In this document: in pieces, positions 24,174-37,989 of the stretch
How positions within the stretch are numbered: the stretch's first letter is position 1
How the letters are laid out: each line of letters opens with the position of its first letter
Source of the DNA: Octopus vulgaris
Taxonomy: Eukaryota
Direction: 5' to 3'
DNA length: 64,000 nucleotides
Assembly (NCBI GenBank): GCA_951406725.2
Contig: OX597816.1
Location: 99,634,001-99,698,000 of the forward strand
Made by a program: the position numbers and the translations under genes
The notes under the pieces: model-generated
What the model was told of the DNA's origin: nothing
Database searches by the model: none
What the model saw: the letters and a program-made list of their open reading frames with translations, nothing else

Positions 24174-25584
24174 AGGGTTCATGATGGATAGAAAGATTAT
24201 CTGCTATGAAACTAAATACACCAATAACACAGAAGTATTCTATTGATGATGGTATAATCAAATGAATCTAAAATAAGATGGAAAAGAAAATTTCTGAGGT
24301 TAAAATTCAATGCATAAACATTTATTGCATCTCACTTAAGATGATGAAATATGAGATAAAGTGTTAAAACCTGTGCAAATATATAAAACTGAAATGTTCC
24401 ACTGCAGTAAAGTGAGTTTTAATAACCTAATTAATCTTTAGTACTCAAGTAATATCTCATCATCGGAATATGCAAATGTAATTGAAGTTACATTCATTAT
24501 CAATCTTGTTCTATTGAGAAGCATGCAGTTGGGAGAACGCATTACAGGAAAAAAAATAATGGAACGACAAACCTGAGCAAAATTAATGGTAATGTTAATT
24601 CTTGATGAAAGGATGAAAACAAAATACTGTCTATTTGTATGTGTGCTGCATGTTTTTTATACACCCACTTAATTAATGCCTAATTACCTTTAATACCATT
24701 TTCATAGACATACTTTGCAGTAAGAGCTTTATCATATGTCTACAGAGATAGTATTAAAGATATTCAATCAATAATATATCCATGAACACGCACTTACACA
24801 TGTTAAATGTCTTAGTTCTCTGCTTTGCCAGAAGAGATACATTGAAATAGTGTACAAACACTTTGATATGTATGCCATTACTAATTCTCATAGTTTTATT
24901 TATTTTAATTATTTAAATGTTAAAAAAAAAGAGCTAATTAAAAGCAGACACTACACTGTATAGATTTATGCAATAAATGAAGCATCAAATTCATAATGGC
25001 AAAACACTTTACTACAAATTTACTTTAATCTAAATATCCAATAAACCAGCCATGTGATACAGTTGAAAATATTTTATACATAACTTCACCTAGTAGGTGT
25101 CTCATGTTTCTATGATTTACAAGTTTTTATTTCTTTCTATATTTCTTGGTCAATGGTATACTTTACCACTGGGTAGTTACTCGGTCAAGAAAAGAATATT
25201 TAAAACATCTTTTGTTATATCTCAAAATATTTCTGAGCATCTTGAACATGCTGGATATTTACAACATGGTTTTTATTTGCATGTATAATTTATTCCTCTC
25301 TAATTTTAATTTCCCTACTATGTAAGTTAGAATTACAAATGCCTGGGTCAGCTAAATTAAGTAAGGATGGTTGTGTGAATAAGAAGTTCAATCGCATGGT
25401 TCTGGGTACAATTCTACTGACATTGCCCTTGAGTTCACTAATGCTTTCACCATCAGTGTTAGAGCATCCACTTTTCTATGTTTTCAAGGGACAGATGCAT
25501 GTAGGAACAGACTTTTGGCAGAAGTATAGCAGATAAAAAGTGTGTGCGTGGTAGTCCATCCTGCATGTACATACATGTGTCTGC

Positions 25585-26310
25585 ACCAATCTCCAGTATC
25601 TGCTTTAGCATTGTTTCTACAGCTAGATGCCCTTCCTAACACCAACAATTTTATAGAGTGTACTGGATGCTTTTTACATGACACTGGCATAAGTGAAGTC
25701 AACAAATAACTTGCAAGACAAGATCTTTCAACTGAGTGAGTGTGTAGTATAGAGGGAGGGGCTTTATACCAGGTGATGAGAGGTTGAAGTATAACAAAGG
25801 GACAGAAACAGGTGTTTGTAGTAGAGGAGATGTACTTGCTTATCTCAATTGGTGAAGGAGGTGAAGAAATGGCAGAGCATACCCTTAAGTTATAAGAGAA
25901 GCAGTCCAGAGGCTTGGGCAGGTTGAGGTAAGTTCATGAGATTATGAAAGAAGAGAAACAGATGGATGCAGATGGGGATAGAGGTGAATGCAATGAATTG
26001 TGAACATGAATAGAGGTGTGGTTTTTGGTGAATACCAGTTTGAAGCAGGAAATATGGAGGAAATAGGATTGGCATAGAGCAGTGAAAGGATGCAGCACAG
26101 ATGTGGGCAGTGTGTGAGAGATGCACAGTGCCAGGGTCAAGTTCGGAGGTGAAAATAGTGGGAGAAAAACATTGATAGAATGAGCAGGTTTAAAAGGAAA
26201 GAATAGTGAGTAAAGGGACATTCAGAAGAAAAAAGGATGGTTCTGAGAATGCAAGAAGCAAAGTAAGCAGCTCTAAGGAGGAATGAGCATAAGAGCAAAG
26301 AGGTTTGAGG
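25585..26310 (-). mobile_element. RTE 3' region, variant UTR (purine-rich on +)
   Basis: 'tttctacagctagatgcccttcctaacaccaac' and 'gacagaaacaggtgt'. The right boundary is uncertain. Confidence 0.65.
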
Positions 26311-26313
26311 ACA

Positions 26314-26400
26314 TGCATACATACATATATAAATACATACACACACACATACATACATACATACATACATACATACATACATACATACATACATACATAC
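26314..26400. repeat. (ATAC)n microsatellite
   Basis: Directly visible. Confidence 0.95.
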
Positions 26401-26434
26401 AAATAGAGAGAGACAAAAAACCTGGGAGACCTAC

Positions 26435-26660
26435 ATGGGGGAGGATGTATGCATCTTCAAAACAAAACTAGATCTCTTCCAGCCAAGAGTTCCAGGTGAA
26501 CCTACCTCGCAGCAAGAACTGCAGATGAGGGAATCAACATCTAACTAATCCACTCACCAAATTCCACACATCAGGAAAGGTTTAGTGAAAGTATAGCAAA
26601 GTAAACAGTGGTACCCCACCATGCCCACAACTCTCGAGCTGAATCTAGAAAAGAAAGAAA
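26435..26660 (+). mobile_element. CR1-type LINE 3' end
   Basis: FKTKLDLFQPRVPGEPTSQQE, matching 41495-41690. Confidence 0.8.
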
Positions 26661-27619
26661 TATATATATATAAACTGTTTTGACAAATGTGTCCTGTTAT
26701 TAACTCAAACTATCTTGACATCAACATAAACATTCTGCTTAGCTGGCTAGAAAACACACCACCATTTTCTGCAATGGAAACTTCCTTTGCCATCACTTTA
26801 TCTTTAACTATGAAAACTTCATACCCAGTCATATGTGCTAGACTTAAATGTCTAGTTCTGACAATCAGTGATAGTCTTGGTAGCTGTTCTAGTTAGAGAT
26901 GTAACACTGTAATGATACCTGAAGCACAAATCTTTGAATTCAGGCACTTTTCTGAAATTTAAGAGTGCTGTAGGCCTCTTCTTCCCCTACAGCCTCTCTA
27001 TAAACATTCTTAGCAATATATCACAATGTTAGTATCCTTATATAGATATGTGGTCCCACAGCCATAGTGGAGGCAAACAAGCTTGAAAGTTAGACTCTCT
27101 GACAACTGTCCATGTGAGCAGTAACTCTGAATAAAATTCTACATGGGAGAGACATCAACTTTGCAAGTCACAGAGAAGACAACCTGTTCAGGAGACATGT
27201 TACTGAATAAAAGTTTGTGCAGGAGAGATATGAGCTCTGCAAGCTGCAGTGAAAGCAACTCATTTAGGAGGAAAACATCTGAGAATGGATGTCATTTACA
27301 CCAGTGGATTGATAAAATGCATTTACTTTATGTTGTAAGTGGTTTGTGATACAAAGAGTATCCAATGTGTGAAACTATGGCAAAATTATGGCATATATAG
27401 ATAACTTTAAGATTAATACTCACTATGTTATTGCTGTGTATGATAGTGAGTTGACTGACTTCAAACAACTGTCCCCAACTGATATATTTTTCAGTCAACA
27501 AAATTAGGTATCAAGCAAACTAAACACCACTGGAAACTCTTCTCTTCATGTCAGGTACCACATTTCAAGGTTGAATCTGTCTATGCCAGTATGTTGGAGA
27601 GTATATCTGAAGAAACTAT

Positions 27620-28270
27620 TGAGATGCCAGAGCAATGATGGATAGATGAGTGCTGTGAATATGCAGTTAGATCGAGTGTAACATCAGATGAATTCCTTAT
27701 GGACAAGGAACACAAGTAAACATTCTACTGGGAGGGCAACAGTAGAGGAATTGGTAGAGTAGATATTGCATTATCAGAGAAATAAATGGAGTAATTGAGA
27801 TGGCCAGAGTATATGACAGAAAAATCTTCAATCAGCCATAGACAATATGACAGAAATAATTATCTCAATGTATGCATCATGACAAGGTAAGTAAGCAGAG
27901 TAATCACTTCTATGAAGCTCTCTTACAAAAAACATTGGTAAGAGATGACAGTAACCTCTTTATGATGGTTGGTGACTTTAATGGGTAAGTTGGGAAACAC
28001 CATGATAGTTATTCCAGTGCACATGAAAGCTATGGTTATGGTACATGGAATGAATGATGATCAGTGATCTTGAACCTTGTGAAGCAAACGACTCAGATGG
28101 ACACACAAGGCAGACCTCATACTTGCTGGGAAAGAGAATAGACAGAATGTTGTGAATAATAAGCCTTTTTCTTGTGAAAATTGTACTACTCAACATTGGT
28201 GACCCCAGTGTCAGAATTAGCTAGAGCCAGAAACACAAGACAATCTGGCTAACCAAGAAGGATCTCATAA
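27620..28270 (+). mobile_element. Old RTE APE endonuclease fragment
   Basis: FYWEGNSRGIGRVDI, IISMYA, MVGDFNG*VG and a YGYG.WN-like segment, collinear with the APE of the 48787-52280 element. Confidence 0.7.
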
Positions 28271-31239
28271 ACAGCAAAATTTAGCATTAAGGACTCTCTA
28301 GAAACGAATTCTTTCAAATGTTAAGTAGTATATAGCTCTTGTTATGTAGGTAATCTAAGAAACAGAGGAGAAGGATGTTCCAAAAACATGTAATTTAGTG
28401 GTAGAACTAAGAAAACAGTTCATCTGTTCAACTTCTTTTAGGAACAAATTTTCTCAAAGGATTTCATCATCCACAAATTAACTAATGTAATTAATCCATT
28501 GGCAAGAAACTTCACAGGCTTTTTCTCCATTCCTTAGCATAAGTCATGAATATGAATAACTTTTGGTGTGTGTGAACTGGTGTCATTTTTGATGGCACAG
28601 TTTCACCAGTGATTTAATAAATGACAAGCTAATAGACAAGTTTTTACTGTTTTTAACTTCAATGAAACATTAAAACTGTTTATACAAAACTTTCTCTCGT
28701 ATTTAATTTTCTTCGGATCCAACCCTTCAAAGTATTTTCAATAAAGATTTAATTATTTTTGCTATACAAGTCAGTATTAATTATATGAAGTGCATGTTAT
28801 ATTAACACATTCATTAACTATCACTTCTGGCTTATTTTATTACATGGGTTCTCTAGTGTATGCATATATAGCATGGAAATTGAACATAAAGGTGAAAGTG
28901 ATTTTAAAAATAAAGCATTGTATTCTAGGGAAATGTAATGCTGAAAGATGTTGAAAGAATATTTCAGAATTTTTTAAACAAATTTACTCTTCATGTAGTA
29001 TGTAATTAACTTTCAAAATGTACTGAACATATCATGATATGTGACAAAGTCTGTTAAATCTAACTACAGAAAGATATAAAATCAAATGTGGTAAGAATAT
29101 CACCAATGACAGTGTTCAAACATAGGAGTTTATCAATAAAAAAATACAAATTATTCAAAATCTTAAAAAACTGAACCAAGTAAAAATACAAAATATGTGA
29201 ATTTATCTGTATAGACAGAAATGATACACTATGGACTGATATGTCAAGAATAATTTATTGTTTGTTAGATTTGAATATATTTCAATGGTCAGAAGCATAG
29301 TTGTGTGCTTAAGAAGCTTGTTTCATGAACTTGTGGTTCACAGTTTGATCCCATCATGTGACTCATATATCAAGTGTCTTTAGCCACAACCTTGGGTTGA
29401 TTGATATGTTGTAAGTGAAATTTAGAAGACAGAACTGTGAAAACCCATTACATATTTGTGTGTCTGTATATGCATGTGTAGATCTTACAGTAATGTACAT
29501 TAATAAAAAAAAAACTCGATGTAAATATCTGAAAACTAATAAACCATTTCTTTTGAATGAAAAATCTTTTATTTATTATTTGTTCCACCCAGATAGCTCA
29601 GATGCTCCCTTATTAATCTTATCATCATGAATACTATGAAGCAGTATCTTTAAAAATAGAATCGTTAAGACAGATATGATGCTTGATCATAGTTCTATTC
29701 AGTCTGGGCTGAACTGAAGCTAAACCAAAACAACAAAATTATCAAAAACAAATGACCAATAAAGGGAATCCTTATCCAGTCAATCAACCTGCTTGAAATA
29801 GCAATTAGATAGCTCTCAAATCATATCTTACTGTCTTAAAAAAAAAGAGAGACATTGGAAATTAACATCTCAAACACTATTTTTCTATCAAAACTGAAAA
29901 AGGGATAAACAACAGTAATAGCTAAAACAAACATTATCAACACTACCAGTAACAGTAAGAACTTAGGTTATACAGAATGGAAAGTGAAACAGCAAATTAT
30001 TAAATTAATACTCAATAGTAAGTTGTTTTATTTTTCTGACGACCACAACATTAACTAACACTCTGGAAAGGATGAAAAGTTTTAGTAAGAGTTTTATGTT
30101 TATCACAAGTATATCAGAGAAGTAAGATTTATGAACATGCACCTAACTATACATCTTTGACAGGCTGAATTACAGGTTTTTTCATAAATATTACATGGTG
30201 TTTAGATATGAACAAAACAATTTAGCAAAGACATTTATATAATCTGTCGAGGAAACTTGCGCGTTGGCAGTTATAACAGTACACTGACTTCTTACAGTTA
30301 CAAAACCATGCTACCTTCACACTATTATACTTCAACACTGATACATTCATAAAATTAGATTTCTCTCACACATTTTTACATTTTTTAAAATTTTATTTAC
30401 ATGTTGGGTTATCTGGAAGTTGGGTTTATGTGCATGGCTTTTGTAAGTTGTTCTATGAGACTGACATAACTAATGTTCCTCTTGGACAGCTGTATGCCAA
30501 TTGCTGTGGAAAAAAATTATTATATTATCACACTGTTGCACTATTGCACAGCCATTCAGTCATACTCACTTCACATTATAATACAACCACACAGTGAAAT
30601 ACTTATACACCACAATGATCCACCTTTACTGTCTTCATGCTGTGACAGGCCATACTACCACACAGTCACATTATTCTCATACAATCATTCATTCATTACA
30701 ATGTTATTCTGTTAGACTCTCACACAGCTACATTTTGCCATGTTACACTCTCCATATACAAGCATGCCGCCAAACAAACTTACTCTACAGCATTAAACAT
30801 TTCTCATCCTGAGAGACTCTCATTACCAGTTTTCACAATTCCTATATTTTTAGACAATCAGGACTTTATAATATATGAGTTCCTTGGTCTTCCAAACCAT
30901 CAGGTAACCAGATTCCTAGACCTTCAGACACCCAAATGACAAGGATCTCAGACTGCAATATTTTCAGGCTTCAAACACTTCCAAAAAATCCTAGTAGGCA
31001 TTCACACTTCTTTCCTTCAAATCAAGTGTCAACTGCAGTGAGGTTCTCACTTAGTGCACATTTTCTCATATCAAAACTCTTCTACCACTTCAGTAATGCA
31101 ATATCACCACAGTTGTGCAGCAAGCTAACTCATTATGATTTATCATTCAATATAAATCAATTTATTTGCTTGTTGGTGATTTGTGTCAATTGTTACAGTT
31201 GATTTCCTATTGCATGGATTGCTTTCAATACTGGTTTCC

Positions 31240-31490
31240 CTTCCATAAACATTTTCATCCATTTGGGACATTGATCTTGATGGTGATGTCATCTCCATAA
31301 GCAACCTGTCACCTTTTGGATGTCAGACAATTTGTAACTCTCCTTCCTTTGCTTGAAACCCATGATTTATTGCAACAAAGAAAAGCAGTAAGACGAGTTA
31401 CTCTGCCAACATGTGCAATTTGAACAACCTAAGTCATTTAAGAAAAAAGTCACTCCCACTTTTACCTTATGTTTAGTGCAAGCCTTATAA
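31240..31490 (-). mobile_element. Very old LINE RT fragment
   Basis: A WQSNS.LLFFVAIN-like motif followed by QVAYGDDITI (YADD-like) at plausible spacing, with frameshifts. Confidence 0.4.
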
Positions 31491-31499
31491 ATAGATATT

Positions 31500-31604
31500 T
31501 GTATGTATGTATGTATGTATGTATGTATGTATGTATGTATGTATGTATGTATGTATGTATGTATGTATGTATGTATGTATGTATGTATGTATGTATGTAT
31601 GTAT
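31500..31604. repeat. Perfect (TATG)n microsatellite
   Basis: Directly visible. Confidence 0.97.
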
Positions 31605-32066
31605 ATATACCTTCATACATATAGATAGATTAGATTGATAGATAGATAGGTAACAAAGCTATTTTATCCCACATGAGTAGAAATATAGAAAAAGTAATTT
31701 GAAAACGCAATAGGAGTCATTAAGAGGGTTTCTTTTTAAAGGCTTAACCAATTTCACTGACTTTTCTGATTTTTAAAAGTTGAGGCAGAAAGACTTGGGC
31801 CTATGCTACAAATGTCTTGCTTCTGACTGGATTTCAAAATTACTCATGTTTTCATAGAGAGAACATGACTCAAATTAATATCGGTTTAGGATACAATATG
31901 ATTGGCAGAGGTTGACCATGTGATTAGGTTTAGTAGGTTTTGTTATTTCTCTGCTATGGTAGTGTGTTAATGTCATACATAAATATAAAACATGTGTTTG
32001 CGTGTATGTATATACATACATACATATATATATATACACACACATACATACACACACACACATATG

Positions 32067-32688
32067 TCATCATCATCATTATCATTTAACAACCATTTAC
32101 CATGCTGTCATGAGTTGGATGGTTTGACAGAAGCTAGCAGCTAAAGGCCTGCTCAAGCTTCATGTCTGTTTTGGCATTGTTTCTACAGCTGGATACCCCT
32201 TCAAATGCCACCCACTTTACAGAATGCACTGGGTATGTTTATGCTCCACCAGCACAGGTGCATTTATGTGGCACCAGTACAGGTGCTTCTAATGTGACAC
32301 CAGCACCCATGGGCCTGCAAGATTAGGAATGTTCAGCTGGAAAGGGATGTCGGGGACAAGCTTGTATGCAAAGACAATCATGCTTTTACTTAGCTGGACA
32401 TGTTTTCTCAAGCACAGCAAACTGCCAGGAGTTTTGGTCACTTGTCATACCCTCTGTGAGTCCCATTGTCTGTAGGTCCTTTCTCACTACTTCATCCCAC
32501 ATCTTCTTGGGTCTATCCCATTCACATGTTCACTTCACAATTAGAATTGGCACCTCTTGATGCAACTGTCTTCATTCATATGCCTTACATGACTGTACCA
32601 GTAGAGTCTTCTCTCTAGTACAATACATTTGATGCCTTGTATACCCAGTTTTTCTCACAAATCATTTGTACTTTGTTATACATGCATA
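32067..32688 (-). mobile_element. 5'-truncated RTE copy
   Basis: (CAT)n tail, UTR, and ORF end with RRLYWYSHV and GDRPKKMWDEVVRKDL-like motifs. Confidence 0.85.
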
Positions 32689-32705
32689 GAGATATAGATC
32701 TATGT

Positions 32706-33023
32706 ATAGCTGGCACTGCATCAGTTACAATGAGTGTCTCAATTAATCCCATCCATGGAATTGCTAGCTCATGAAATTAATGTGCAAGTGGTTGAGTACT
32801 TCACAGACACATGCCCCATGCATGAAGTTCTCAGAGAGATTCAGTTTGAGATAGAATGTGTCAAGGCTGGCCCTTTGAATTACAGGTACAACTCATTTTT
32901 GCCAGTTGAGTGAATTGGAGCAAGTGAAATAAAGTGTCTTGCTTCAGGACCCAGCACACTGCCAAGAATTGAACTCTTGACTTACAATCATGAACTGAAC
33001 CATAACCACTAAGCAACACACCT
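32706..33023 (-). mobile_element. SINE-C2 (same tRNA head and central block as SINE-C, different 3' body)
   Basis: Reverse complement reads ggtgtgttgcttagtggtta..gagttcaattc..gaagcaagacactttatttcac..gctccaattcactcaactggcaaaaatgagttgtacc. Confidence 0.8.
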
Positions 33024-33124
33024 TCACATATCTAACTATATATATGTATACGTACACATACATGCATGCATATATACATACATACATATATATTATATAC
33101 ATACATACATATATATATATATAA

Positions 33125-33380
33125 TCATCATTTAACGTCCATTGTCCATGCTGGCATAGGTTGGAAAGTTTGACCAGGGCTGGTAAGCTGGAAGACTGCA
33201 CCAGACTCTGATTTAGCATGGTGTTCTATGTTGGGAATGTAATGGGTGCTTTCACATGCTACCAGCATGGGTGCCATTTGCATGACATTTGTATCTGCCA
33301 TGATTGTGATTTTGCTCAGCTTGATGGGTCTTCTTCTCAAGCACAACATAATGCCAAAGGTCTCAGGTATTGCCTCCATG
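33125..33380 (-). mobile_element. RTE 3' UTR fragment
   Basis: Closely matches 45182-45470. Confidence 0.85.
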
Positions 33381-33396
33381 ATACATATAACGTCCA

Positions 33397-33691
33397 TTAC
33401 GATCGTGAGGTTGTGAGCTCGAATCCCGGACCGGGCTGCGTGTTGTGTTCTTGAGCAAGACACTTTATTTCACGTTGCTCCAGTTCATTCAGCTGTAGAA
33501 ATGAGTTGCGCGTCACAGGTGCCAAGCTGTATCGACCTTTGTCTTTCCCTTGGACAACATCGGTGACGTGGAGAGGGAGACCGGATGCATGGGCGACTGC
33601 TGGTCTTCCATAAAAATAACCTTGCCCAGACTTGTGCCTTAGAGGGTAACTCTCTAGGTGCAAACCCATGGTCAGTGTCTGACCGAAGGGG
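33397..33691 (+). mobile_element. SINE-C, young (CpG-rich), 5'-truncated
   Basis: B-box-like gctcgaatccc; 'gtgttcttgagcaagacactttatttcacgttgctccagttca'; matches 41795-42092. Confidence 0.9.
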
Positions 33692-33939
33692 TATATATAT
33701 ATATATATATATACACAGATACATACATATATATGATAGAATAACAGGAAACATGATACTAGTATTTTATTTATTTGATATCCATTACAATTGTTAAAGT
33801 GGTCAATAACCAAGATCAATGAATAATTACAAATTATAAATTACTGACTTATAAAATATATTTGATCAGATCAATTAAAGGCAACTTCATCACACAAACA
33901 CATACATGCCTATATATAGATATATTTATACACACACAC

Positions 33940-34120
33940 ACATGCATATACACACACATGATAGGTTTCTTTCTACTTCTGTTTACCAAATCCACACACA
34001 AAGCTATGGTCAACACACAGCTATAGAAGAAGACACTTGCTCATGGTGCCATACAGGGGTACTGAACTTGAAACTACATGATTGGAAAGGGAACTTTTTA
34101 TCCACTTAACTATCCTTGCA
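33940..34120 (-). mobile_element. SINE-B 5' half
   Basis: 'ccaaatccacacacaaagct..ctatagaagaagacacttgc'. Confidence 0.75.
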
Positions 34121-34842
34121 CTAGTTACCATATGTATGTATGTCTGTCTGTATGTATGTATGTGTGTATGTATGTATGTCTTTATGTGTGCATCTATGTA
34201 TGAATGTATATAAAAAGAAGGTTTTTATCAGTATAAAAGCAGTTAACTATAATGATAGTAAAGGATTCACTGTTAATGTAGGGTCATCTATTCTTGATAA
34301 TTTTATTGACCGTGACTTTGAAGTTTTACTACTGAAACTTCGAAATCACTGCCAATACATACCTTGCAAAAACATATATATGTTCGTGTGTAGATAAACA
34401 ATGGGCTTCATTATAGTTTCCCCTCAATGTAGTTACACTCACAAGGTATTGATCATCTTGAGATTGTTGTAGAAGCTTCTACTATGTGGAGTCAGCCTCA
34501 GAACCAACTGGCTGAAAAGTGAACATCTGTGTTACACAATCATGCTTGTGTCCAGCTTGGAAAATACATACAGCTGAAATATCATTTGCATTCAGCTGAA
34601 ATAACATATACATACAGTTAAAATAACATATTTAGATATAGATAAATCAAACAGTTTAATACAGACATTTATATAATGTAAGCATTTAAATCTGACAAGA
34701 AGACATTAGTGTTCTTACTGATACATTGCCATACAGACCTCACATTCTTCTAACAATGTTACCCAGTCAGAAATTCACCCTATTACATAGCCATCACACT
34801 GTTTCACTTCCACTCTATTACACATTCACTCTGGTGAGACAA

Positions 34843-35042
34843 TGAGGAAGCCTCTGTATGGTCACTCAACCTGCTAGAGGTAACTGCCAAATTTCTTTTA
34901 AATCACACTGAACCATCTTAAAAGTAAAAAATGACATTAGATGCAATAGTCTTAGACACTTCTAAGACCACACACTCTTTTATAACGACTTTAATTAATG
35001 GATTGCTGGGTCAGTTTTAACCTGAAGTTAAACAACAACAAC
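34843..35042 (+). mobile_element. Repeat family E (unclassified retroposon 3' end with (AAC)n tail)
   Basis: 'ggtcactcaacctgctaga..gccaaat..aaatcacac..atcttaaa' plus an 'aaacaacaacaac' end. Related copies near 5790, 9730, 21030, 21490, 29660, 29775, 55570, 58345(-) and 60985(-). Confidence 0.65.
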
Positions 35043-35917
35043 CACACTATAATTCTTAAACTGTCTAATTACGAAACATACTTCTCATTGTTTTTGCTCT
35101 GACAAATTATTCTGTACCAAGTATTAGAATTTTATGTTATTCACCATACACAATATTCCTTTCTGTGAGATTTATTGAATTTATTTTTGCTACTACAGAA
35201 CACAAACTTTAATGTAATGTTTTACTCTGCTAAACAGACTTTTAAATTATAATAGTTTTCAACACATACACATATATATATATATATATACATATATAAT
35301 TTTTTTGGAATGGTGAATCTCAAAGCAGATAAATCTATAAATTATAGTGTATAAATATTGCATTAAAATACTTTTTGGATAGAAAAAGTCTCAGGATGAA
35401 AAATATGACTGTGTATGCTAGAAATGAAAATTCAAAATAATGGTGAAAGACATGCAAAGCAACTAAGAGAAAGGACAAAATACAAACCCATTTCATCAGC
35501 TGACTTTCCAGCTTTCATTCCAGAATCTCTAGGATTTCAGCACGCAAAAGAAATCGGTACCTTTCATCAAGAAAATACCATTTAGTTCCTTTATAAATAT
35601 ATATGATAGTTTGCACATTTGAAACTATTTAAAAGTTTGTCACTGTTAAACTCATCTTTTAGATTTTTATGTTATGTCATATTTCGTAGGTTTTTCTGCT
35701 TTATCATCTTCGAAAGTTATATTTTTTACTTATATATATATATATAAACTGTAGCTTAGAAGTTAAGAGACAAAATCCTGCCTGGGAGTATTTGAGTTCA
35801 AAGTTTGATAATTAGTTTAACATTCAACCAGAATGCTACGTATGATCACAAGTTTACAAATGTATGTACTAAGAAGGAATATTTGTTATTTAATTTTTTA
35901 AATTATCATGATGTAGT

Positions 35918-36027
35918 TTCATAATGGTGAAAGCTTCCTTGTAGCAATGCATACATTCATAGGTAGCAATGTAGCAATGCATACTTTCATAATGGTGATA
36001 GCTTCTTGTAGCAATGCATACTTGCAT
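35918..36027. repeat. Short imperfect tandem repeat with core GTAGCAATGCATAC
   Basis: The core recurs three times plus a partial copy. Confidence 0.8.
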
Positions 36028-36423
36028 GTTTTTGTTTTCTTTTCATTTTTAGCTATATTTTGCTAATATTTTTGATAAATGGTTTGACAAAGTACACTGT
36101 CAATAATTTTTATTCTTATACACAAATAGCATATGATGCGTGTGTGAGTGTGCCTATGTGTGTGTATGTGTGGTTGTATGTGTGTGGATGCGTTTGAATG
36201 TGTAGACTGAGACCCCTTTTGCCCCAGTTGTTTTAAAAACTATGATCACCCTAAATATATCCTATATTTTCAGATCTATAACAATAAAATACATTTAGTT
36301 GAATGTTTTCTTGATTATATAAAGAAACAATAAAAATAATTGCCATTTTTTATTGTTTGTGTATTTAGAAATAGGTTGTCTAACAAGACGACTTGTAGTC
36401 AAGAATATAGCAATTATCTTTCA

Positions 36424-36638
36424 TCTTTTACTTGTTTCAGTCATTGAACTGTGGCCATGCTGGGGCACCACACTGAACAGTTTAGTGAAACAAGTCAACT
36501 TCAGTACTTACTTTTAAGCCTGGTACTTTTTCTATTGGTTACTTTTCACTGAACCATTTTGTTATGAGGACATAAACAAACCAACACTAATTGCCAAGCA
36601 GTGGTGGGAGACGTACATGAACACGCATGTGCGCGCAC

Positions 36639-36693
<55 letters not shown>

Positions 36694-36848
36694 ACAGGCT
36701 TTTTTCAGGTTTGTACCACAAAATCCTCCCACAAGGCTTGGATCAACCAGGTGCTATAATAGAAGAGACTTTCCCAAGGTGTCATGCAGTGGGTCTGAAC
36801 CCAAAACCATGTTGTTGGGAAGCAAACTTATTACCACACAGCCATGTC
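36424..36848 (-). mobile_element. SINE-B full length with internal (CA)n expansion
   Basis: Reverse complement of 39449-39890. Confidence 0.9.
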
Positions 36849-37154
36849 TCACCTAGATGAGATTATTTTAGATTAATTCTACAATAGACACCTAGGAAAT
36901 TCATGTCTGTAATTTCTGAATAGTAATTTCATCTGACTGGCAAGATAGCACGTTATGCCTATTTTCACACTCTCCAATCCTCAAATAACCAGACTGCAAA
37001 ATTACTAGAGTGTCAGATTTCAAACACTCACTGACATAATCTTAGGAATAAATTTCAATTTCAATGGGCATATAATCATTTTTGAGTAACAGAACAAAGA
37101 TAATGTAATCTATCAACACCATGTTCATGATCATCATTGCTATCCTCATTATAG

Positions 37155-37188
<34 letters not shown>

Positions 37189-37587
37189 TAATATCATCAG
37201 CATGAGCTATAACAATAAAAGTTGAAAATAAAATTAATAAAAAATATGAAAAATTAAAATGCAAACAAAATACACAAGAGATCTAATAAAACCAATGATA
37301 TTTACATATTTCATATATATGTATTTTATGACTGAAACATTTTATATATGTATTTTATAACTGAAATACCTTATTTCCATTTGTAATATATAAAAAAAAT
37401 TTAATGATAAATATTTAATACATTGATATAAAGCCACAAAGTTATAGTTAGTAGACTATATTAGCAATTGAGAGGCAAATTTAAATATGCTAAGATTTGA
37501 TCTCAGAACATTAAGGAACAAACTTAAATGTTTCTCCATCCATTTGATAATAAAAAAGTTAAAGTGATGATAACAATGATAATAATG

Positions 37588-37810
37588 ATTTCAAAGTTTG
37601 GCTCAAGGTCAGCAGTTTTTAAAGGGGAGGTGAAAGTGATTATATCCCAGTGCTCAACTTTACTGACCTCTAGTCTGCTCTGTATCAACTCTGAAATGAT
37701 GAAAGGCAAAGTCAACCTTAACAGAGTCTGAACTCAGAGTGTAAAGCTAGAACAAAATGCAGTTAAGCATTTTCTTTAACATGCTAACGATTCTACCAGC
37801 TAGCTGCCTT
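37588..37810 (-). mobile_element. SINE-A
   Basis: 'gatgaaaggcaaagtcaacc..tgaactcagag..aagcattt..gctaacgattctaccagct'. Confidence 0.85.
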
Positions 37811-37918
37811 ATAATAGTAATAATAATAAGAAGAAGAAGAAGAAGAAAAAGAAGAAAAAGGAGGAGGAGGAGGAGGAGGAGAAGGACTACTACTACTACA
37901 GCAGCAGCAAAGCAAGCA
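37811..37918. repeat. Compound microsatellite (TAA)(GAA)(GGA)(CTA)(GCA)
   Basis: Directly visible; it produces the poly-I/R/T/A ORF. Confidence 0.95.
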
Positions 37919-37989
37919 GATGGGAAGAAATGGAATTATATAGCTAATTCATGGAAAAAAATGGGGGATATTGGAACTAAAGGCTTCTA

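Noticed and set aside
24400-24720. Enhancer with octamer ATGCAAAT and TAAT clusters
   Set aside because: Expected by chance in DNA this AT-rich; no conservation data.
31270-31320. YGDD as a viral RdRp motif
   Set aside because: Upstream motif spacing fits a LINE RT with YADD mutated; no other RdRp motifs.
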